Shown here piece by piece: positions 7,911 through 15,621 of a stretch of DNA of 24,000 nucleotides. Position 1 is the stretch's first letter, and each line of letters opens with the position of its first letter. A model generated the notes under the pieces. The model was not told the DNA's origin and made no database searches. It was given only the letters and a program-made list of their open reading frames with translations. Source of the stretch: Candidatus Doudnabacteria bacterium (GTDB lineage: Bacteria > Patescibacteriota > Dojkabacteria > J137 > JAEUSD01); contig JAEUSD010000011.1 of assembly GCA_016788825.1 (NCBI GenBank), positions 12,322 to 36,321 on the forward strand. Reading direction: 5' to 3'. The translations under genes were made by a program, and so were the position numbers.

Positions 7911-7973
7911 TGCTTGATCATTCTACCAGTAGCACTGCTTACCAGCAAATTGGGTAAGTAGGATAAAAGTAGA

Positions 7974-10943
7974 TTAGCTCAAGCTCAGTTTCAGTTCCTT
8001 GCCATTTACTCTCTGAACATGTTCGGCTGTACCTGAGACCATTTCAGTAGCTGAGACAGCTGACTTGATGTCTTCTACGCGCTTGGTGAGCACGGCGAGG
8101 ACTTCTTTGTCTTCGGTATCATAGCTAACTTTCACCTTTTCTCCCTGCTTAAAGCCTTTTTCCTTTCGCAAAGCCTGGATAGAGCGGATGATCTCACGCA
8201 TCAGACCTTCTTCGGCCAGCTCAGGAGTAAGCTTTGTTTCAAGTCCGATAGCAAGTGTTCCTGATGGACTGACGATCGTTTGGATGGTCTTGCTTTCAGC
8301 AAGTTGCGGTACGTCTGCGACTTCGACAACGTTTAGCTCTGCGCAAATGACGTCCTTCATCCAATCCGAAAGATAAACTCCCTCCACATCAGCCGCATAA
8401 GTAAATTGCACTTCCAAACGGCTAAGTGGCTGACGGATCTTTAGTCCATGCGTTGTACGTAAGGATTGGCCCAATTCTCCAATACTGCGCACCACTTCCA
8501 TCTCAGCTAAGATCTGCTTGTAGTTATTCAAAAACGCCATGTCTACAACAGGGAAGTCTGTTAGGTGAACTGACTCTGGTAACTCTGCAAGTTGACTCGC
8601 TACCAATTCACGATACATGTATTCGGACACAAATGGGACAAAAGGTGCTGCTAGCTTGGAGATTTCAACCAGTACATAATACAAAGTCTCTAGGGCATCG
8701 GTGTCGCCGGCCGCGAAGCGGTCACGCGAGCGGCGGATATACCATTTGGATAACTCATCTACTAATGATTTCAAACTGCGGGACGCTTTTGGAATATCGT
8801 AGGTGTCTAGTGCAGCGATTACTTCTCCGATTGTATTTTGCAACTTAGCTAAGATCCAGGCATCGAGCTCATTCTCGATATCATCGAAAGGAATGTGATC
8901 CCAAGGGTGCTCGTCGCCCCAAACGTTGCGTTGATTGTATGCCAGTTCCACGCGCGGTTCCCATTCATGGATATTGGCGTAAGTTATCAAGTATGTGAAA
9001 CAGTTCCAAAGTGGGAGTAAGAATTCTTGAGTTTGTACTTTGGCTGTTGTTTCACTGATTGTGCTGTCTTCTCCGGCCGAGATCGGTGATGTGAAGAAGT
9101 TAAACCGTACTGCATCCGCACCACACTTTTCGAGCAGTTCGTGGTAAGGTGCATAGTTTTTCTTACTCTTGCTTTGTTTGGCTCCGTGGTCATCCAAGGT
9201 GAAACCGTTTACAATTACATTCTTAAACGACTCCTTGTTCCAGAGCGCAGTAGATATCGCATGGAGAGAGTAAAACCAACCACGTGTCTGATCTACGCCT
9301 TCTGCGATGTATTCGGCAGGGAATGTCTGTTCAAATTTTTCTTTATTCTCAAACGGGTAGTGAAATCTTGCAAAAGGCATAGCTCCTGAGTCATACCAGA
9401 CGTCGATCACATCCGGGATACGATTATAGGTTTCGCCGTCAAGCTCGAAGGTGATGTCGTCTACAAATGGACGATGCGGATCGTCGATCTTCTTGCCTGA
9501 TAATTTTTCGATTTCAGCGAACGATCCGATCACTTTGATTTTTCCACTCGGGGATTTCCATACAGGCAGAGGGGTTCCCCAGTAACGTAACCTGGAAATT
9601 CCCCAATCTTTGATCTCAGCCAACCAGTTCCCAAAGCGACCTTCACCAATATGTTTCGGCGTCCAATTAATCTTGTTGTTGTTGTCTACCAATTCACCGC
9701 GGAGTTTGCTCATTGCGATGTACCACGAAGTGATTGGTTTGTAGATCAGAGGGGTGTTTGTACGCCAGCACATTGGCATTTCGTGCTCGTATTTTTCTTC
9801 GCGGAAGAGCAGGTCTTTTGTTTTGAGGTCTTCAATGATCTTCGGGTTGGCATCGCGGTAGTTGAGTCCGGCATATGCGGCGACTTCACTGGTGAAGTCG
9901 CCTTGATCATCTAGATAGTCAAAACTCTGGATCCCAACCTTTTGAAATACTTCGTTATCCTCGGCGCCGTAAGGGGCCAAATGCACGATTCCGGTTCCGG
10001 AATCATCAGTCACATACTCGGCGCCATAAACCTTGTGTGCATTCTCACGTCCAGCATAGAAATCGAATGGGGGAGTATATTCTTTCCCGATCAATTCTTC
10101 AGCTTTGATTTCGCCCAATACTTCGTACTTATCTCCTTTGAACACCTCTTCAACCCTCGATTTGGCCATGATATAAGTATTTTCAGCAATAGTCCCTTTG
10201 ACCTTCACATAAGTCAACTTTGGATTTACAGCTAGACCTAAGTTTCCTGGCATGGTCCAAGGTGTGGTGGTCCATGCTAATAACATGGTTTTAGGATCTT
10301 CTTTCAACGGGAATTCTACAGTAACAGCTGGGTCTGTAAATATTTTGTATCCGCCTAGAGCAACTTCGGCGTTAGACAATGAAGTTCCCGCCCGGGTAGA
10401 GTAGGGAACCACTTTAAACCCTTCATAAAGCAGACCTTTGTCAAAAAGCTCTTTAAGTGACCACCAGATGGACTCGATAAACTTGGAATCCATAGTGTAG
10501 TACTCTTGGCGGTCATTGGTAAGCCGGCCCATACGTTCTTCGAGGTCAATTATTTGACCACGAAACTCGAGCACTGATTCGCGACAGAGTTGGTTAAATT
10601 TGGCTACGCCAAACTTCTCGATGTCCTTCTTTTCTTTGAAGCCTAGTTTCTTTTCTACCTCATACTCTACAGGGATTCCCTGACAGTCCCAACCAAGAGA
10701 GCGTTCTACACGGTAACCCTGCATCGTCCAGTACCGCGGGATAATATCTTTCATCGCAAACGTCAACATGTGTCCATAATGTGGCTCCCCGTTGGCAGTT
10801 ATTGGTCCATCATAGAAGGTCTTGGCGTTGTCCATTGGTCTCTGGTCGATGGACCGGTCGAGCACATTTGTGTCTTTCCACCACTTGAGTAGAGCAAGCT
10901 CGAGTTCGTTAAAATTGGGTTTGGCAGGTGGTTGGTTGAACAT
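7974..10943 (-). CDS. ileS: Isoleucine--tRNA ligase (long, type-2-like form)
   Basis: The class I HIGH region is GPITANGEPHYGHMLTF and the KMSKS-like loop is KQSKSKKN. It also has WDCQGIPVE and WTTTPWT editing-domain signatures. It is preceded by a T-box leader carrying an AUC triplet. Confidence 0.9.
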   Translation of the reverse strand: MFNQPPAKPNFNELELALLKWWKDTNVLDRSIDQRPMDNAKTFYDGPITANGEPHYGHMLTFAMKDIIPRYWTMQGYRVERSLGWDCQGIPVEYEVEKKLGFKEKKDIEKFGVAKFNQLCRESVLEFRGQIIDLEERMGRLTNDRQEYYTMDSKFIESIWWSLKELFDKGLLYEGFKVVPYSTRAGTSLSNAEVALGGYKIFTDPAVTVEFPLKEDPKTMLLAWTTTPWTMPGNLGLAVNPKLTYVKVKGTIAENTYIMAKSRVEEVFKGDKYEVLGEIKAEELIGKEYTPPFDFYAGRENAHKVYGAEYVTDDSGTGIVHLAPYGAEDNEVFQKVGIQSFDYLDDQGDFTSEVAAYAGLNYRDANPKIIEDLKTKDLLFREEKYEHEMPMCWRTNTPLIYKPITSWYIAMSKLRGELVDNNNKINWTPKHIGEGRFGNWLAEIKDWGISRLRYWGTPLPVWKSPSGKIKVIGSFAEIEKLSGKKIDDPHRPFVDDITFELDGETYNRIPDVIDVWYDSGAMPFARFHYPFENKEKFEQTFPAEYIAEGVDQTRGWFYSLHAISTALWNKESFKNVIVNGFTLDDHGAKQSKSKKNYAPYHELLEKCGADAVRFNFFTSPISAGEDSTISETTAKVQTQEFLLPLWNCFTYLITYANIHEWEPRVELAYNQRNVWGDEHPWDHIPFDDIENELDAWILAKLQNTIGEVIAALDTYDIPKASRSLKSLVDELSKWYIRRSRDRFAAGDTDALETLYYVLVEISKLAAPFVPFVSEYMYRELVASQLAELPESVHLTDFPVVDMAFLNNYKQILAEMEVVRSIGELGQSLRTTHGLKIRQPLSRLEVQFTYAADVEGVYLSDWMKDVICAELNVVEVADVPQLAESKTIQTIVSPSGTLAIGLETKLTPELAEEGLMREIIRSIQALRKEKGFKQGEKVKVSYDTEDKEVLAVLTKRVEDIKSAVSATEMVSGTAEHVQRVNGKELKLSLS

Positions 10944-10991
10944 TTTGTTAAGTATTAATTAATAAGCTAAATAGGCATTAATTTATTGGGC

Positions 10992-11037
10992 AACGAAAAG
11001 CCCCGATCATCATTCACGTTGTGAACAATGACCAGGG
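10992..11037 (-). terminator. Intrinsic terminator of the T-box leader (mutually exclusive with the antiterminator)
   Basis: The minus strand reads CCCUGGUCAUUGUUCAC-aac-GUGAAUGAUGAUCGGGG, a roughly 17-bp stem including G-U pairs (11037-11001). It is followed by CUUUUCGUU (11000-10992). Its 5' arm shares 11033-11037 with the 3' arm of the antiterminator. Confidence 0.65.
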
Positions 11038-11165
11038 CTCTAGGAGAGAGCGGTACCACCTGTCTTTATACTCAATTTTACTGCTGTTTCGGGCTTACCC
11101 GGAGAGGTCTACTTGATTTCTTCTCTCTAGCTTCTGCAGTGATGGCTGCAGTCAAATGCTTTGGT
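10992..11165 (-). promoter_or_regulatory. T-box riboswitch leader (tRNA-sensing transcription attenuator) of ileS
   Basis: The minus strand contains aaagaCAGGUGGUACCGCUCU, with the T-box core GGTGGTACCGC at 11060-11050.
- Antiterminator: helix A1 is CAGG/CCUG (11062-11059 with 11036-11033).
- Antiterminator: the 7-nt bulge is UGGUACC (11058-11052).
- Antiterminator: helix A2 is GCUCU/AGAGC with loop CUCCU.
- Upstream there is an AGAGAG element and a GAA-AUC-A candidate specifier (AUC at 11117-11115).

The 5' boundary is approximate. Confidence 0.8.
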
Positions 11166-11171
11166 TGATGA

Positions 11172-11200
11172 ATTTTAACAGAGATGAGGTTATTTATAAA
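11172..11200 (-). promoter_or_regulatory. Candidate promoter of the ileS T-box leader
   Basis: The minus strand has TTTATA, a 17-nt spacer, then TAAAAT (-35 at 11200-11195, -10 at 11177-11172). This would give a leader of about 220 nt. The -35 lies inside the 3' end of the relE-like gene. Confidence 0.35.
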
Positions 11201-11438
11201 CGCCTTGGCGGTGAGAGATATTTGTAACATAAATATTAGTGCCATCAACTGTATAGATGATACGGTATGGCCAAACGCGATAAGAATATCTACCCGACAG
11301 TTCCCCCAAAAGTTTTTTGCCAGAGTAAGGGTTTAACTCTATATAAGATACAGCCTTAACGACTCTTTCTTGAACTCTTCTTGGCAGTCTTGTCAGTTGT
11401 TTTCTTGCGTTTGCGGTGTAAGTTAGTCGCATAGTCAC
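11190..11438 (-). CDS. Type II toxin, RelE/ParE family
   Basis: The 82-aa product contains LTYTANARKQLTRLPRRVQERVVKAV...NPYSGKKL...YRVWPYRIIYTVDG...IYVTNISHR, a typical RelE/ParE pattern. It lies directly downstream of a Phd/YefM-like gene. Confidence 0.8.
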   Translation of the reverse strand: MTMRLTYTANARKQLTRLPRRVQERVVKAVSYIELNPYSGKKLLGELSGRYSYRVWPYRIIYTVDGTNIYVTNISHRQGVYK

Positions 11439-11748
11439 TTAGTTGGAATCTAGGTGTATTGTTGTCTTTTGATAGTCCGAGCTCTGCATGCACCTCTTCC
11501 AGAGTGTAGATTTCTCCGCGCTGTATTTGCGCTTCGGATTCTTTTAGCCTTGCCACAATATCAGGATCCTCGGCTAAGATGGTCATCGTTTCAAGCCAAG
11601 ATTCGTACTCTTCTATACTCATAAGTACAAGCTTAGGAGTTCCGTGTTCGGATATGAAGTACTGAGAGTCGGAATGGATTATATCTTCCGCTACTTCGAA
11701 TATTCGCTTACGTGCTTCTGTGATTGTAATTGTTTTAGTTTTTGCCAT
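11356..11748 (-). CDS. Type II antitoxin, Phd/YefM family, with an unusual basic C-terminal tail
   Basis: From the ATG at 11748 the product reads MAKTKTITITEARKRIFEVAEDI...PKLVLMSIEEYESWLETMTILAEDPD, the Phd/YefM N-domain pattern. The frame stays open 83 nt into the toxin gene and encodes HRKRKKTTDKTAKKSSRKSR. The track start at 11802 looks like a spurious extension. Confidence 0.7.
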   Translation of the reverse strand: MAKTKTITITEARKRIFEVAEDIIHSDSQYFISEHGTPKLVLMSIEEYESWLETMTILAEDPDIVARLKESEAQIQRGEIYTLEEVHAELGLSKDNNTPRFQLSDYATNLHRKRKKTTDKTAKKSSRKSR

Positions 11749-11770
11749 ATGTACATTATAACGTACATAT
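11747..11770. promoter_or_regulatory. Perfect 8-bp inverted repeat ATATGTAC-N8-GTACATAT spanning the antitoxin start codon and -10 box; candidate TA operator
   Basis: The arms are at 11747-11754 and 11763-11770. The spacer attataac contains the minus-strand TATAAT (11760-11755), which sits 6 nt upstream of the ATG. Confidence 0.45.
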
Positions 11771-11869
11771 ACACCAATGTCTTGCATACAGAATGATAAC
11801 AATCAAATCTTAACGAATTATTAACTTTGCATATAAGTATGTATAATAAAGCTAGTTAAACAAATCATT

Positions 11870-12277
11870 ATGCAAAAGATTCTTGCTTTAGTTTTTCTTT
11901 CTATACTTTTGGTTGGATGCACCCCTCAAACGAGCGGGACAGGGAGTACCAGTTCTTCAAGCTCTACCAGCACAAGTTCTGATGGTAGCGTGGATCCTGT
12001 GCAAATAAATCAAGGGGATGTAGATATGGAGGCAACATACCAAGGTAATAGTCAATGGCGGTATGTGCTTGTAACTGTGTTGCCAAACCCTTGTTACGGA
12101 TTCCGCACGGAGGCGGTCGTTGCCGAGAGCTACCCAGAACAAGTGACTGTGAAGGCGATCAAGGAGACTCCAGCTGCCGGGACGGCTTGTGCTCAAGTGA
12201 TTGATCGCCGCCAGATTGAGGGTTCTTTTGCTGCTGGTCCACAAGCGAAACTTAGTTTGGAAGTTGTTGTGGAGTAG
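11870..12277 (+). CDS. Lipoprotein of unknown function
   Basis: The signal peptide has a lipobox (MQKILALVFLSILLVGC, Cys17), followed by a Ser/Thr-rich linker GTGSTSSSSSTSTSSDGS. Confidence 0.7.
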   Translation: MQKILALVFLSILLVGCTPQTSGTGSTSSSSSTSTSSDGSVDPVQINQGDVDMEATYQGNSQWRYVLVTVLPNPCYGFRTEAVVAESYPEQVTVKAIKETPAAGTACAQVIDRRQIEGSFAAGPQAKLSLEVVVE

Positions 12278-12280
12278 TCT

Positions 12281-12967
12281 ATGTCGCTACGATTCTTCAC
12301 TAAGGTAAAATCTCAGCAAAAGGTCGCGGCGGATTTGGTTAAATTGGAGTTGGTTGCCCCATCAAATTTCTCCTTCCTGGCAGGGCAGTTCATGAGTGTC
12401 GCGGTGGAGGGTTTTGTGCGACGAAGTTACTCTTTAGCAAATCCACCGCATGAGGCCGAAGTACTTGTAACTTACGTGGATACAACTCCAGGTGGTCCTG
12501 GTTCGCGTTTCATGCAGCAGGTCGCTGAGAATCATGAGATAGATCTTTTGGCGCCACTTGGTCATTTCATTTACATCGAAGAGAAGTTTCGCCCGGCTTA
12601 TTTCTTCGCTACAGGCACTGGTATTGTGCCCTTCATATCTATGATTCGGCACGAGCTAGAGACTGTGAAATCTGGACGTCAGGTTGTACTGCATTACGGT
12701 GTGAAGCAAGAAGATCACCTTTTGGAAAAGGCTCTCTGGGAGCGGCTGACGCAGGAGTTTCCAAACTTCGCAGTTCATTTCTACGTCAGCCGCTCCACAG
12801 AGTGGGAGGGCAACAAAGGTCGCATGACAGAATTCATTAACCAAGGTATTCCTGCAGATATCGATGCCTACCTTTGCGGCGGTATGCAGATGATCCAGGA
12901 TGTTGAAGCCCTCCTCTTGGCGCAAGGTGTGCATGGGGGTAATATTTACTACGAACGGTTTTACTAA
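12281..12967 (+). CDS. Ferredoxin-NADP reductase-like FAD/NAD(P)-binding oxidoreductase
   Basis: It has the RRSYSLAN (RxYS FAD-binding) motif, GGPGSRFM, FFATGTGIVPF (NAD(P)-binding GTGxxP) and a C-terminal YLCGG...ERF. There is a GGAG SD at 12271-12274, 6 nt before the ATG. Confidence 0.75.
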   Translation: MSLRFFTKVKSQQKVAADLVKLELVAPSNFSFLAGQFMSVAVEGFVRRSYSLANPPHEAEVLVTYVDTTPGGPGSRFMQQVAENHEIDLLAPLGHFIYIEEKFRPAYFFATGTGIVPFISMIRHELETVKSGRQVVLHYGVKQEDHLLEKALWERLTQEFPNFAVHFYVSRSTEWEGNKGRMTEFINQGIPADIDAYLCGGMQMIQDVEALLLAQGVHGGNIYYERFY

Positions 12968-12968
12968 A

Positions 12969-13547
12969 TTAATCCAAAACGATCTCGTTAAGCCTCAGTT
13001 CTCCATACAGGGTGAAGTTTTCCTTCATTTTTCTGATAACTTGGTCTACATAATACTGGTGAAGTCTTTTGGGAATGGAGCGAGAAAGTAAAAGATATAC
13101 AGTTCTTCTTATGGAAAAATCTTCTGGTAGTTCGGTTAGTGGAGGAACTGGTCTACCTGTTTGGTCATTTATGATCTCCGTTTCTGTAATTCCTTGACCG
13201 CCTGCATTAAAAGGGGACAGGTTATTTTCAATCACACCTATGATAGTGTGCTCAAGAGCGTGATGATAATTATTATCTCTGTGTACAGTGCTGTTTTCGA
13301 ATCCCCCACAACCCATCCACTTGTAGCCATTCTTATTTGCTCTTGCTTGTAATTCCAATTCTAAATTGACAGTTTCACTGTGTAGAATTTCGTATGGAAT
13401 AATACGGGCAAGTTCTTTTACTAAATGATCGCTCAGACGTATCACTTTTTGTCTGTCTGGGAAGTCTATAGCTTGCAAAGCTTTATAGCTATCAGGAATG
13501 GGTAGAGTTTGGTCGTAAAGTTCGCTAAACATATGTAATCTTAACAT
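12969..13547 (-). CDS. Hypothetical protein (192 aa)
   Basis: This is a clean ORF in an AT-rich stretch with no motif I recognise. The start may instead be the second Met, at 13532. Confidence 0.5.
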   Translation of the reverse strand: MLRLHMFSELYDQTLPIPDSYKALQAIDFPDRQKVIRLSDHLVKELARIIPYEILHSETVNLELELQARANKNGYKWMGCGGFENSTVHRDNNYHHALEHTIIGVIENNLSPFNAGGQGITETEIINDQTGRPVPPLTELPEDFSIRRTVYLLLSRSIPKRLHQYYVDQVIRKMKENFTLYGELRLNEIVLD

Positions 13548-13603
13548 ATATAGGGTATATATGGCGACAACTGTATTTGAAGCTGATATTATAAAATTGT
13601 CTT

Positions 13604-14479
13604 ATGATTAAAAAACTGCTGCCATATTTAATCGCAGGCCTTGTGCTGCTTACCCTTGCTTTGCAAATGCGCGGCGTGTTTCAGATCCCTGCTGAGATCT
13701 CTGTGCTTGGTTTGTTTAACATTCACCTGTATAGTCTTTGCCTACTCGGAGCTGTGGCTGTTGCTGTGTGGTTGGCGTGGGGAATTATCCCTCAAGATCT
13801 AAAGGACAAGATAAATGTGGTAGATTTCCTTTTGTGGATCTTGATTCCTGGGGTTGTTGGGGCGAGGTTGTACCATGTTGTAACTGATTACAATTTGTAT
13901 ACGGAAAACTTAGTTGCAGTCTTTTACATCTGGCAGGGTGGCCTGGGAATAGTCGGTGGTATCTTGGGTGGAGCCGTAGGGGCTTACTTTTACTCTAAAA
14001 CAAAGGGTATTCGGTTCTCTAGGCTGTTGGCTGTGTTGGCGACTGTGCTACCAGTCGCCCAAGCGGCGGGCAGATTGGGTAATTTATTTAATCAGGAGTT
14101 GTATGGCCCGCCTGCAGATTTCCCCTGGGCAATCTACATCAAACCCGAAAACCGCATTGGTGGTTATGAGCCATTTGACTTCTTCCATCCACTGTTTCTG
14201 TATGAAATGCTTGCAAATCTAGTGTTGTTCGCAATTTTGTATCGGTTCTACCGCCGGGGTTGGAATGGTTACCGGCTTACTTTCTACTATATTGCAGGTT
14301 ACGGCGCGATTCGGTTTGCCTTGGATTTCTTCCGCTTGGAAGGCGCTACGGGTGCCTATGGTCTCAGCTATACCCAATGGTTGATCCTGATTTTCTACGC
14401 ACTGGTTCTGGCATTTGGTGCTGGTTATCAAGTATGGTATAAACGAGAGTATGGCAAGTGGTTTACGAAGGCACAATAA
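13604..14479 (+). CDS. lgt: Prolipoprotein diacylglyceryl transferase
   Basis: It is polytopic and hydrophobic. It contains GARLYHV, GGLGIVGGILGG and the Lgt signature GRLGNLFNQELYG. Confidence 0.9.
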   Translation: MIKKLLPYLIAGLVLLTLALQMRGVFQIPAEISVLGLFNIHLYSLCLLGAVAVAVWLAWGIIPQDLKDKINVVDFLLWILIPGVVGARLYHVVTDYNLYTENLVAVFYIWQGGLGIVGGILGGAVGAYFYSKTKGIRFSRLLAVLATVLPVAQAAGRLGNLFNQELYGPPADFPWAIYIKPENRIGGYEPFDFFHPLFLYEMLANLVLFAILYRFYRRGWNGYRLTFYYIAGYGAIRFALDFFRLEGATGAYGLSYTQWLILIFYALVLAFGAGYQVWYKREYGKWFTKAQ

Positions 14480-14492
14480 ATTACCTAGCAAA

Positions 14493-15533
14493 ATGCAGAA
14501 TCCTGAATTCAAACAAAAATTCGATGTAATGGTTGAAAGTGCCGAGAAGATCTTGGTGACGACTCACGAGAAGCCTGATCCTGATGCGATCGGCTGTGTG
14601 TTGGCGGTGAGAGAATATTTAGTTAGTAATTTCTCGGGCAAAGAAGTGCAAGTAACCATCTCTGGTGCTAAGACAAAAGCATGGGATTTTTTATCTATGG
14701 CCAAGCACATAGTTTGGGTGGAGGATGTTTTTGCCGAGCTTGAGAAGTTCGATTTAGCAATATTTTTAGATGCCTCACAACTTTCAAGGTTTACACCAAA
14801 CGAGCCACCAGAGAAACTAGACATCAAGAGCATCTGCATTGATCATCATAGTAATGAGCCAGACAATTTTGACTTAATATTTCTAGACAGTACGGCAGTT
14901 TCTGCTTCAGAGTTGGTTTATGAAGCATTATTTCAAGACTCTGAAGAACTTTCGAAGGAGGTTGCTGAGATCATAATGACTGGAATTATTGGTGATTCGG
15001 GTAGTTTTCGATTCGTAGGACCTCGCAATGTGAGAGTATTGAGTACTGCGCGTGAGCTAGTTGAAAGAGCTCAGCTCGAAATTAAACCCGTAGTCTTGAA
15101 CACCATAAAAATAGACAGACAACAGTTTGAATTGATGCAGATTTTGGTGAAGAATATTTACTTCGTAGAAGCTGCAAACGGTATCCCTGCATTTGTCTAC
15201 TCTTATTTTCCCAAAGAAGTGCTCAACAGCGGGGTAGAAATGCAGCTAATTAAACTTACCAAAAACTCTTTCTTATTCGATTATATAGGTAAAGTTACTG
15301 GCTATGACTGGGGTTTTGTCGCTAATCCGCAATCTGAAACTGTGTGGGGAATTTCTTTCCGTTCAGGCCCGGGTGGACCAAACGTCAAACTATTAACGAA
15401 TAAACTAAACGGCGGTGGACATATATTTGCCGCGGGTGGAGAGATTGAAGTTGATTCAGGACTTGGAGCGGAAGCTGTGTGCGAGAAGGTGATTTCAGTA
15501 ATTCGAGAAGGTGTAGAAATAATGACACAATAA
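14493..15533 (+). CDS. nrnA: DHH/DHHA1 family phosphoesterase (NrnA-like oligoribonuclease / pAp phosphatase)
   Basis: The motifs are THEKPDPDAIG, FLDAS, IDHHSN, GIIGDSGSFRF and GGGHIFAAGG. I chose the ATG at 14493, just after the lgt stop, not the track start at 14415. Confidence 0.85.
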   Translation: MQNPEFKQKFDVMVESAEKILVTTHEKPDPDAIGCVLAVREYLVSNFSGKEVQVTISGAKTKAWDFLSMAKHIVWVEDVFAELEKFDLAIFLDASQLSRFTPNEPPEKLDIKSICIDHHSNEPDNFDLIFLDSTAVSASELVYEALFQDSEELSKEVAEIIMTGIIGDSGSFRFVGPRNVRVLSTARELVERAQLEIKPVVLNTIKIDRQQFELMQILVKNIYFVEAANGIPAFVYSYFPKEVLNSGVEMQLIKLTKNSFLFDYIGKVTGYDWGFVANPQSETVWGISFRSGPGGPNVKLLTNKLNGGGHIFAAGGEIEVDSGLGAEAVCEKVISVIREGVEIMTQ

Positions 15534-15621
15534 TTCGGTAGTTCCCAGGTATTGTTGTATAATCAAGTGGAGTTGAAATGCAGAAATTCGGCGCTACTGC
15601 GGGGTAATTAGTTTCTAATTA

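Noticed and set aside
8426-8848. 140-aa plus-strand ORF inside ileS, and other internal ORFs (for example 9141-9389, 9651-9914, 9942-10235, 19879-20229)
   Set aside because: They are fully contained within strongly supported housekeeping genes on the other strand or in another frame, and their translations are low-complexity or nonsensical.
13296-13312. tRNA T-loop-like string ttcgaatccccc
   Set aside because: The flanking bases cannot form a T-arm stem or an acceptor stem, and it lies inside a coding ORF. I found no tRNA or rRNA gene anywhere in the window.
14415-14492. Upstream extensions of track ORFs (14415 for nrnA, 11802 for the antitoxin, 4220 for the small ORF, 21492 for NYN, 16260 for the toxin-like ORF, 1630 for VOC)
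   Set aside because: Each extension overlaps the preceding gene or promoter elements, or uses a non-ATG codon. An internal ATG with a better context (a -10 box or coupling to the upstream stop) gives a product starting at the conserved N-terminus.
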